From assembly GCA_036405035.1 (NCBI GenBank), contig DASWYJ010000031.1, positions 1 through 38,413 of the forward strand: 38,413 nucleotides of DNA, in the 5' to 3' direction. A program made the position numbers and the translations under genes. A model generated the notes under the pieces. The model was not told the origin of the DNA. It saw only the letters and a list, made by a program, of their open reading frames with translations, and did no database searches. The stretch's first letter is position 1; every line of letters begins with the position of its first letter. This DNA is from Burkholderiaceae bacterium (GTDB taxonomy: Bacteria > Pseudomonadota > Gammaproteobacteria > Burkholderiales > Burkholderiaceae_C). Shown here piece after piece: positions 8,726 through 16,127 of the stretch.

Positions 8726-9942
8726 ATGAAGTTGATCTGAACCGTTTGCGTATCCACCGCAACGCCGAATCGCCCGGCATCCGGCGCCAACCCCGGCGCT
8801 GGCTGTGGCCCGTGCTGGCGCTGCTGGCTGTGGGGGCCATCGGGGGCTATTTCATTCAGAACCCACCGGCCACCACTGTCCAGACGACCCAGGCCGTGAC
8901 GGCATTCCCTTCCTCGCAGTTCGTTGCGTTGAATGCGACCGGATACGTGGTTGCCCGGCGCAAGGCCTCGGTTGCCTCCAAAGGAACCGGGCGGCTGGAG
9001 TGGCTGGGTGTGACTGAAGGCAGCAAAGTGAAGGCGGGGGAGTTGATCGCCCGGCTCGAGAGTCGTGATGTGTCGGCATCCCTGCAGAGTGCGACAGCCA
9101 ACAATGATGTAGCGCTGGCCTCCATCGCATCGGCCAATACCGAATTGGCCGATGCACAGCAGAACCTCCGGCGGGTTGAAGACCTGTTTCAGAAGCAATT
9201 CGTTTCACAGACTGCATTCGATGATGCCAAGTCGCGGGTTGCCCGTGCCCTGGCGGCAACGAACAGTGCCAAGGCATCCCAGGCAGCGTCCAAGGCAAAT
9301 GAAAGCTTTGCACGCAACGCGGTCGAGTACACCAACATTCGCGCGCCATTCGATGGAGTCGTGATTTCCAAAACCGCCAATGTGGGGGATGTCGTCACGC
9401 CGCTGTCGTCCGCCGCAGACGCCAAGGGAGCCGTTGTGGTGATCGCTGATCTTGGCACGCTGGAAGTGGATGCCGATGTTTCCGAATCGGCGCTTGCCAG
9501 CATCGTGATAGACCAGCCGTGCATCATTGTTCTGGATGCCTTTCCGAAGGAACGTTGGCGCGGCCGTGTGAGCACCATTGTCCCGACGGTCAAACGCTCC
9601 AGTGCAACCGTCACCGTGAAGGTACAGATCATGGATCTGGATGCACGCATCCTGCCGGACATGAGCGCCAAGGTCAGCTTTCTGACACAACCGGTCGATC
9701 TGGCGACGGATTTGCCGGCCGTGGCTGTCAATCCCGCTGCGATCGTGCGCGAAGGAACGCAGGCTTTTGTTTTTCGCGTGGAGCCGGATGCAACCGTCCA
9801 GCGCATCCCGGTCACCCCGGGTGTGAAATCCGGTGATGTGCAATTTGTCGCCGGCGCACTGAAGGCTTCCGATGTCCTGGTGGTGTCGCCTTCGGATGGA
9901 ATGAAATCCGGAGCCCGGGTCCGTGTCGCGGACCGGAAATGA
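8722..9942 (+). CDS. HlyD-family periplasmic adaptor (membrane fusion protein), DevB/MacA-like
   Basis: ATGA start/stop overlap with the preceding gene. N-terminal TM segment WLWPVLALLAVGAIGGYF, a coiled-coil hairpin region (AQQNLRRVEDLFQK...), a lipoyl/beta-barrel pattern (APFDGVVISK) and a C-terminal beta domain. Confidence 0.85.
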   Translation: MNEVDLNRLRIHRNAESPGIRRQPRRWLWPVLALLAVGAIGGYFIQNPPATTVQTTQAVTAFPSSQFVALNATGYVVARRKASVASKGTGRLEWLGVTEGSKVKAGELIARLESRDVSASLQSATANNDVALASIASANTELADAQQNLRRVEDLFQKQFVSQTAFDDAKSRVARALAATNSAKASQAASKANESFARNAVEYTNIRAPFDGVVISKTANVGDVVTPLSSAADAKGAVVVIADLGTLEVDADVSESALASIVIDQPCIIVLDAFPKERWRGRVSTIVPTVKRSSATVTVKVQIMDLDARILPDMSAKVSFLTQPVDLATDLPAVAVNPAAIVREGTQAFVFRVEPDATVQRIPVTPGVKSGDVQFVAGALKASDVLVVSPSDGMKSGARVRVADRK

Positions 9943-9943
9943 C

Positions 9944-10630
9944 ATGACTTCACTGATCTGCGCAGCCGGGCTGGGCAAGACCTACTGGCGTGGCAGGCTC
10001 GCGGTGCCGGTGCTGCTGGATGTCAATCTGGATATCCAGGCTGGTGAATACGTGTCGTTAATGGGGCCGTCCGGGTCCGGAAAAAGCACCCTGCTCAACC
10101 TGATTGCCGGCATCGACAAACCCACCGCTGGAAGCCTCCATATTGCCGGAGTCAACATGGTGGAGTTGTCGGAGAAGGAGTTGTGTGCCTGGCGTGCGCA
10201 GCATGTCGGCTTCATTTTCCAGCTCTACAACCTCATGCCGGTTCTCACGGCATTCGAGAATGTAGAGTTGCCGCTGTTGCTGACCGGGCTGACCCGTCGT
10301 GAACGGCGCGAGCATGTCGAAATGGCATTGGCGATGGTGGGGCTCGGTGATCGCCTGGACCACCATCCGAACCAGTTGTCCGGAGGCCAGCAGCAGCGTG
10401 TGGCTATCGCCCGTGCGCTGGTGTCGGACCCTACCCTGATCGTGGCCGACGAGCCCACAGGAGATCTTGATCGCACCTCTGCCAATGAGGTGCTGCAGCT
10501 GCTGGATCGCCTGAACAGCGAAATGGGGAAAACCATCGTGATGGTGACCCATGATCCCAAGTGCGCGGCCCGCGCCACCCGCCAGATTCATCTGGACAAA
10601 GGGGTGTTGTTGTCCGCGATGCCGGAATAG
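9944..10630 (+). CDS. ABC transporter ATP-binding protein (DevA/LolD/MacB-NBD-like)
   Basis: ATG 9944 lies 1 nt after the adaptor stop (9940-9942); track start 9923 is a GTG overlapping that gene. Walker A GPSGSGKST, signature LSGGQQQRVAIARAL, Walker B LIVADEPTGDLD. Confidence 0.9.
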   Translation: MTSLICAAGLGKTYWRGRLAVPVLLDVNLDIQAGEYVSLMGPSGSGKSTLLNLIAGIDKPTAGSLHIAGVNMVELSEKELCAWRAQHVGFIFQLYNLMPVLTAFENVELPLLLTGLTRRERREHVEMALAMVGLGDRLDHHPNQLSGGQQQRVAIARALVSDPTLIVADEPTGDLDRTSANEVLQLLDRLNSEMGKTIVMVTHDPKCAARATRQIHLDKGVLLSAMPE

Positions 10631-10646
10631 CACGTACCGCATCAAC

Positions 10647-11813
10647 ATGCATATCTGGTACATCCTGCGGCTGGCCGTCAAAAACATGTGGCGGCATTGG
10701 CTGCGAACCGCGCTCACCATGGTGGGGATCGCTGTGGCAATCGCTGCGTTCGGCCTTTTGCAGACGGTCGTCGATGCGTGGCTGGCGGGGGTCGAGACGG
10801 CATCGTCTGCCCGGCTGATCACGCGGAACAAGGTATCGCTCACCTTTCCGCTGCCGGTTACGCATATTGAAAGCCTGCGAAGAATCAAAGGGGTCCAGTC
10901 AGTCAGCTGGGCCAACTGGTTTGGGGGAATCTATATCGATGAGCGGCGCTTTTTCCCTCAGTTCGCCGTGGACGCACGCAGCTATTTCCACGTCTATCCG
11001 GAGTACGAAGTCCCCGAACACGAAATGGCAGAGTTTCTACGCGACCAGCGTGGCGTCGTGGTGGGCCGCAAGGTTGCCAGTGACTACGGTTGGCGGGTAG
11101 GTGATCAGGTTGCGCTGAAAGGAACCATTTATCCGGGGGCCTGGAGTTTCACGGTGCGGGGTATCTACCACGGGGCGGACAGCAAGGTCGACGAAACACA
11201 GTTCCTCTTCCATTGGGATTACCTGAACGAAATGGTGAAAAGCCTGTTGCCATCACGGGCAGACAAGGTGGGCGCGATCATCGTGTATCTCGAGAATCCC
11301 GCCATGGCAGCTTCCGTGGCAACGGAAATCGACGAGACGTTCCGTAACTCGCTGGCCGAAACACTCACTGAAACCCAGAAATCCTTTCAGCTGGGGTTTG
11401 TCGCCATGGTCGATACGATCCTGACCACGATCCAGGTGGTTTCCTTTGCTGTCATTCTCATCATCATGGCGGTCATGGCGAACACCATGGTCATGACGGC
11501 GCGCGAGCGCTCCCGCGAGTATGCGACGCTCAAGGCGCTGGGATTCCACGACCGGTCGGTTTTTGGGCTCATCCTTGCGGAATCTCTGTTGATCGCTGGC
11601 GTGGGTGGGGCAATAGGGGTAGCCTGGTGTTTTCCGTTGGCCCAGCTCTTCCATGAAGCCAGTGGGCGGATGTTTCTCGTTTTCGAGATCAGTTCCACCA
11701 CGGTGGTGCTGCAGTTGGCGGGAGCCGCATTGGTCGGGGTGGTGGCCGCGTTGTATCCCGCCTGGGCCAGTTCCCGCATTCGCGTTGTCGACGGCCTGCG
11801 TGCGGTGACATGA
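10647..11813 (+). CDS. ABC transporter permease, MacB-periplasmic-domain + FtsX type, copy 1
   Basis: Start set at ATG 10647 (MHIWYILRLAVKNMWRHWLRTALTMVGI). One N-terminal TM, a large periplasmic domain and a C-terminal FtsX-type three-TM bundle with RERSREYATLKALGF and YPAWASSRIRVVDGLR. Confidence 0.85.
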   Translation: MHIWYILRLAVKNMWRHWLRTALTMVGIAVAIAAFGLLQTVVDAWLAGVETASSARLITRNKVSLTFPLPVTHIESLRRIKGVQSVSWANWFGGIYIDERRFFPQFAVDARSYFHVYPEYEVPEHEMAEFLRDQRGVVVGRKVASDYGWRVGDQVALKGTIYPGAWSFTVRGIYHGADSKVDETQFLFHWDYLNEMVKSLLPSRADKVGAIIVYLENPAMAASVATEIDETFRNSLAETLTETQKSFQLGFVAMVDTILTTIQVVSFAVILIIMAVMANTMVMTARERSREYATLKALGFHDRSVFGLILAESLLIAGVGGAIGVAWCFPLAQLFHEASGRMFLVFEISSTTVVLQLAGAALVGVVAALYPAWASSRIRVVDGLRAVT

Positions 11814-12979
11814 ATTCGCTTGCCATTGCGTATGCGGCGCGCAACCTGCGCGCGCGAAAGATAACCACGCTGCTGACCGTCGTGGGCATGGTGCTGGTGG
11901 CGGGTATTTTTGCCGTCGTGCTCATGCTCACCGAAGGGTTGCGCCAAACGCTGGCGGGTACCGGCTCCTACAACAATGTGGTGATTACCCGGCAGGGAAC
12001 TCTCACGGAAACCCAGAGCACGATCGAGCGGGCCCAGGCCAACCTCATCGAGACCTTTCCTGGCCTGGCCGCCGATGGCGACGGCCGCGGTATCGTTTCG
12101 CGGGAGGTGGTTGTTCTGGTGAACCTGCTGAAGAAGGGCACCAACACACCCGCCAATGTGCTCATTCGAGGAACGACACCGAATGGGCTGGCGATGCGAA
12201 GCCAGGCGCACATCGTGAGCGGTCGCATGTTTCGGCCAGGCACCTCGGAAATCATTGTGGGCAATGGCATATTCCGGAATCACCAGGGCACCACGATCGG
12301 CAGCAAGCTGTCGTTCGGTTTGCGCGAATGGACGGTGGTCGGTGTGTTCGATGCGGGAACCAGTGGATTCAATTCCGAGGTCTGGGGCAATACCGAGCAG
12401 ATGATGCAGGCGTTCCGGCGCGAAGCGTTCTCCTCGGTCATTGGCCGCTTGCGTGACAGCGGGGCCATGGACGAGTTGGTGGCGGCGATCCGGGCAGATC
12501 AGCGGCTCAAGCTGGAGCTCAAGCGCGAGTCGATCTTCTATGCAGACCAGGCAGAGAAGCTGTCCAATTTCATCGACATATTCGGAAAAACCATCACGGC
12601 GGTGTTTTCGATTGCCGCGATCATCGGGGCCATGATCACGATGTATTCAAGTGTGGCCAACCGGACGCGGGAGATCGGAACCTTGCGCGCGCTCGGTTTT
12701 GGGCAGCGGGCCATCGTCGGGGTTTTTCTCTGTGAAGCGGTGCTGTTGGGCGTGGTGGCAGGCTGTTTGGGTCTGAGCCTGGCGTCGGGTGCGCAGTGGG
12801 TGGAGGTATCCACCACGAATTTCCAGACCTTCTCCGAAATCTCCTTCCGGCTGAGCCTCACACCGGCCATCGGGTTTCAGGTGCTGGCATTTTCTGTGTT
12901 CATGGGCGTATTGGGTGGCGTTCTGCCAGCGGTGCGTGCGGCGCGGCTCGAGATCGTGGACGCATTGCGGGCTGTCTAG
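11810..12979 (+). CDS. ABC transporter permease, MacB-periplasmic-domain + FtsX type, copy 2
   Basis: ATGA overlap with copy 1. Same architecture: ARNLRARKITTLLTVVGM, RTREIGTLRALGF, LPAVRAARLEIVDALR. Confidence 0.85.
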   Translation: MNSLAIAYAARNLRARKITTLLTVVGMVLVAGIFAVVLMLTEGLRQTLAGTGSYNNVVITRQGTLTETQSTIERAQANLIETFPGLAADGDGRGIVSREVVVLVNLLKKGTNTPANVLIRGTTPNGLAMRSQAHIVSGRMFRPGTSEIIVGNGIFRNHQGTTIGSKLSFGLREWTVVGVFDAGTSGFNSEVWGNTEQMMQAFRREAFSSVIGRLRDSGAMDELVAAIRADQRLKLELKRESIFYADQAEKLSNFIDIFGKTITAVFSIAAIIGAMITMYSSVANRTREIGTLRALGFGQRAIVGVFLCEAVLLGVVAGCLGLSLASGAQWVEVSTTNFQTFSEISFRLSLTPAIGFQVLAFSVFMGVLGGVLPAVRAARLEIVDALRAV

Positions 12980-13026
12980 CGCCAAAGCTGCGGCCCTCCT
13001 GTTCCCATCCCTTACTAGAGAGGCGT

Positions 13027-14262
13027 ATGCCAGGCAATCTCACATTGGAACCGACGCGGCAAATATCACGGCGGTTGACCACGCCCGAGTACTACCACGC
13101 ATGTATCGGAGAAAGCAACCGCACCATCGAGCCACCCCGGGAAGCCATCTTTGTACTGACGGGCGAGGGGCATGTCGCCCCTGAAACATGGCGCGGGGCA
13201 TTGGATGCGGTCGCGGAAGCCAACCCGGGCCTGCGCCTGCGCATCGTGGGTTCGCGCATGGGCACCCGGTGGCAGAGTGATGGCCTGACCACTCCCGTGC
13301 GTGTTGTCGCCGATCCCCAATGGGACGGGCAGTCCGAGGAGGGCTCCGCGTTCATCTACGAAACCCGATTGAATCTGCATGCGGGTCCTGCAACGGAGCT
13401 GATCATTGCACCCCAGGCTTCCGGACGCACGCTGGTGATTTTCCGCGCGCTGCATGCCGTGATGGATGGGCGTGGTGTACGGCATTTCCTGTACGAATTG
13501 TTCCGGGCCCTGCGCGGCGAACCTTTGTTGGGTACCAACGTCGCTTTCGGCGATGCCGACCTGATGAAAGAGGTGGGGCCATCGCACTCGACATCCCGGC
13601 ATGTGCCATCTGTTGCCCTGACCGGGGGCCAGCGCGGCGCCCTGCAAGGGGATACCTGGAGGCGGCTGACATTCCCCTTGCCCCAGCACGACATCCTGGC
13701 CCGTACCGCCAGTGCGATGGCGGCGTATGCACATCGGCATGCAAATGGAACCGCGCTGATTGCCGTCCCGGTCGATCTCCGGCGGCACATGCCCGCGATC
13801 CAGTCGACCCTGAACTTCAGCAGCATGCTGCTCGTCCCCATGCAACCCGGCGATGGGCCTGACGTATTCAAACGCGGGCTGCGCAACATGCTGGAGCAGA
13901 AAATGGAGGCGCGGTATCCACGGCTCCTGGATTGGGTCCGGCTGCTGCCGCTACCGTGGCTTGACGCGCTGGTTTCGCGCACCCCCCGGAATTACGTGAA
14001 CAAACGCCTGATGGAGACGGTGCTGATTTCCAATCTGGGGGTATTCGATCTGGGGACAATGCACGGCGCAGGCTTTTCCACCGACAACATCTTTTGCCTT
14101 CCGCTGGGCGGGAATGCATGCTGTGTCCTGGCCGGAACGGACCGGCATGTGGAGATGACCGTCTGTCTGTCGCAGGTGCTGGCCAGCGATGGGCGGATGG
14201 ATGACCTGATCCGGTTCCTTCGCGAATCGCTGTCTGTGAACCCGGATAAATCCAGCGCCTGA
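13027..14262 (+). CDS. Stand-alone condensation-domain-like (HxxxDG) acyltransferase, paralog 2
   Basis: Start set at ATG 13027 (MPGNLTLEPT) with a purine-rich stretch upstream. Motif LHAVMDGRG (His codon 13453-13455). Aligns by eye with paralog 1: AEANPGLRLR vs AEANPGVRVR, LFRALRGEP vs IFRVLRGDP, VPVDLRR vs IPVDYRG. Confidence 0.65.
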   Translation: MPGNLTLEPTRQISRRLTTPEYYHACIGESNRTIEPPREAIFVLTGEGHVAPETWRGALDAVAEANPGLRLRIVGSRMGTRWQSDGLTTPVRVVADPQWDGQSEEGSAFIYETRLNLHAGPATELIIAPQASGRTLVIFRALHAVMDGRGVRHFLYELFRALRGEPLLGTNVAFGDADLMKEVGPSHSTSRHVPSVALTGGQRGALQGDTWRRLTFPLPQHDILARTASAMAAYAHRHANGTALIAVPVDLRRHMPAIQSTLNFSSMLLVPMQPGDGPDVFKRGLRNMLEQKMEARYPRLLDWVRLLPLPWLDALVSRTPRNYVNKRLMETVLISNLGVFDLGTMHGAGFSTDNIFCLPLGGNACCVLAGTDRHVEMTVCLSQVLASDGRMDDLIRFLRESLSVNPDKSSA

Positions 14263-14323
14263 CGGCCGCTGCTCGAGGGCGGGGCCTTCGCAGTGCGGTG
14301 CGTGGGAAATTCAGGCGCTCAGT

Positions 14324-14364
14324 AAAAAACCCCTGCAGCGCGTTCAGAAATCGCTCTGCAGGGG
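14324..14364 (-). terminator. Rho-independent terminator downstream of the lipoprotein gene
   Basis: On the minus strand, stem CCCCTGCAG (14356-14364) pairs with CTGCAGGGG (14330-14338), followed by a T6 run (A6 at 14324-14329 on the plus strand). Confidence 0.6.
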
Positions 14365-14421
14365 CTGGCGCCGTTTCCGTACTCCGCAGGAAGAGCGGGT
14401 ACGGCTGGCAACGGATGCGGC

Positions 14422-14937
14422 TTACTTGACCGTGACCTCGATCGTCTTGCTCAGGGCTTCGCCGTACGACTGGTGTGCGCCATTGGCGAACTGGGCCGTC
14501 AGCTTGTACTTGCCGGGGGCCAGCTTCACTTCGGCTTCGGTCTGGGCCTTGCCGTAGTGCAGGTGGGTTTCATCCATCGGGATCGACTGGCCTTCGGCAA
14601 TCGGACCCGTATTGATCAGCAGGTGATGGTGGCCCGAGCCCGCCACGATGGCGCCAGCGGGTTCCACCTTCAGGCCGTCAATGCCGAACTTGACCTTGAA
14701 CGGCGACGATACGGTGGCACCGTCTGCGGGTTCCAGGATCGACACCGAGCCCGTGACTGCAGGGGCGGCCGATGCGGGCGCCGACGCCGGTGCGGCAGCA
14801 GGAGCGGGCGCAGGTGCCGGTGCGGCGGCAGGGGCCGGTGGCGGCTCGGCCTTGTTGCAGCCCGCCAGCACGCCGAGACCCAGGGTGGTCACGGCTGCGA
14901 TGGCCAGAAAATGTTTGGCAGATTTCTTGATTTGCAT
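14422..14937 (-). CDS. Lipoprotein, DUF4399-like, with a Pro/Ala-rich linker
   Basis: Signal peptide plus lipobox LGVLAGC. Linker PPPAPAAAPAPAPAPAAAPASAPASAAPA. C-terminal domain carries GSGHHHLLINTGP, a pattern I associate with DUF4399. Confidence 0.7.
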   Translation of the reverse strand: MQIKKSAKHFLAIAAVTTLGLGVLAGCNKAEPPPAPAAAPAPAPAPAAAPASAPASAAPAVTGSVSILEPADGATVSSPFKVKFGIDGLKVEPAGAIVAGSGHHHLLINTGPIAEGQSIPMDETHLHYGKAQTEAEVKLAPGKYKLTAQFANGAHQSYGEALSKTIEVTVK

Positions 14938-14995
14938 TCGAAACTCCTCGAAATTTTGGTACTGGGGTTCAGACTCTATACCAACGCGATTGACG

Positions 14996-15069
14996 TGGAG
15001 CGGGTGAAGGGAATCGAACCCTCGTATGAAGCTTGGGAAGCTGCCGTTCTACCATTGAACTACACCCGC
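14996..15069 (-). tRNA. tRNA-Gly (anticodon CCC)
   Basis: Reverse complement reads GCGGGTG TA GTTC AATGGTA GAAC G GCAGC TTCCCAA GCTTC ATAC GAGGG TTCGATT CCCTT CACCCGC TCCA. This is a full cloverleaf with encoded CCA, nearly identical in layout to E. coli glyU. There is one C-U mismatch in the anticodon stem. Confidence 0.93.
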
Positions 15070-15446
15070 AATTTGCAACCCGCCTAGTTTCAACGGGTTA
15101 TTGCCATAAGCGCTTGATCTGTAACGGTTTTTCCAGCCTTTCAGCTGCACGGACTGCCCTGATCAATCCGTATCCAACCGGCTACCTCCGAGCCCATGGC
15201 GTAGGTCCCGGCGTAACGTTTTATAACCATTCGCCTCACCTACGCTGCCACGGCGATCCAGCCGGTGGCAACAGATAAGAGTATAGGGGTGAAGGCATGC
15301 CCCGCATGCCCCCTGTGTGGTGGTTGCGGTGTTGTCCTACGCCGATGTCGGCCCCGGCCGATGGGCCACCGCGCAAGGCCGGCCTACAGTGGGGTTGTGT
15401 CTGGTCACCGCAAGACCGGGCGCTTATTCAATCACAAAGGAAGATC

Positions 15447-15833
15447 ATGAAGAAAGCAGCCCTTGTATTCGGAATCGTCGCCGCGCAGGCCCTGGCCGTC
15501 AGCGCATTTGCCCAGGTTTCCCCGGATGGCACCGCAGGAACCGTCAACCAGCCCAATTTGTCGCAGGGGAGTGTTCCCAACCTGACATCGACCCACGGGA
15601 ACCCGGCAGCTCCCAAGCCGGACCCGAAGGCCGTTGCCGGCAAGGAGCAGTACGACAAGGGTTCCCAGAAGCTGGGTACCACCAAGCCATCGACCGAGGA
15701 AAAGGCCGCTGCGGTGCAAAAGCGCCGGGCTGAAGGCGCCGAGGCCGCGAAGGAAAGCCAGACCAATGCAGCCACCATTGCCCCTCCCGGTAGTGAAAAT
15801 ACGGTGAAGCCGGGCCTGAAGCAGCCAGGCTAA
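15447..15833 (+). CDS. Small secreted low-complexity protein (128 aa), unknown function
   Basis: ATG 15447 is preceded by AAAGGAAG. Signal peptide MKKAALVFGIVAAQALAVSAFA-Q. The mature part is rich in Pro/Lys/Ala/Gly/Thr. Followed by a strong terminator. Confidence 0.55.
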   Translation: MKKAALVFGIVAAQALAVSAFAQVSPDGTAGTVNQPNLSQGSVPNLTSTHGNPAAPKPDPKAVAGKEQYDKGSQKLGTTKPSTEEKAAAVQKRRAEGAEAAKESQTNAATIAPPGSENTVKPGLKQPG

Positions 15834-15853
15834 GCAGGAAGCTTTCCACGCTG

Positions 15854-15889
15854 CCATGAAAAAACCGCCCTCGGGCGGTTTTTTCATGG
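15854..15889. terminator. Bidirectional rho-independent terminator (perfect palindrome)
   Basis: CCATGAAAAAACCGCCC-TC-GGGCGGTTTTTTCATGG. GC-rich stem flanked by A6 on the left and T6 on the right, 20 nt after the stop at 15833. Confidence 0.7.
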
Positions 15890-16127
15890 CGGAAAGGGCT
15901 GCGGCGCTTGTGCTCCCGGGATGGGCCGGGCGCAGCCAGATCAGCACAAGGGCAACTGACCGCGCGACCATGGCGTTGTTTCTGCTTTTCCTTCGGGCTT
16001 TGGGCCCGCAGTAGCCCGGGCAAATTGCCCGCACCGCTGTAGAGGGCCTTTTTCCTGACCTGTCGTGCCTAGCATGGTGTCCGGTTCGTCGTGCGGCGGA
16101 CCGTATCCAACAAAACAGGAGCGGGAC

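Noticed and set aside
14760-14860. GC-rich short tandem-like repeats (GCN/CCN) that could be mistaken for a repeat array
   Set aside because: They are in frame within the lipoprotein gene and encode its Pro/Ala linker. There is no spacer/repeat periodicity of CRISPR type. The same applies to the GCC run in etfA (about 36550-36580), which encodes a poly-Ala stretch.
15295-15313. Tandem duplication GCATGCCCC GCATGCCCC in the tRNA-proximal spacer
   Set aside because: There are only two short copies in GC-rich non-coding DNA with no associated structure or ORF. It is most simply a slippage remnant.
14996-15446. Integrase, attachment-site repeat or mobile-element remnants next to tRNA-Gly
   Set aside because: I found no integrase- or transposase-like translation in any frame here. 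I also found no second copy of the tRNA 3-prime segment in the window. The island idea is therefore kept only as a hypothesis, not annotated as a mobile element.
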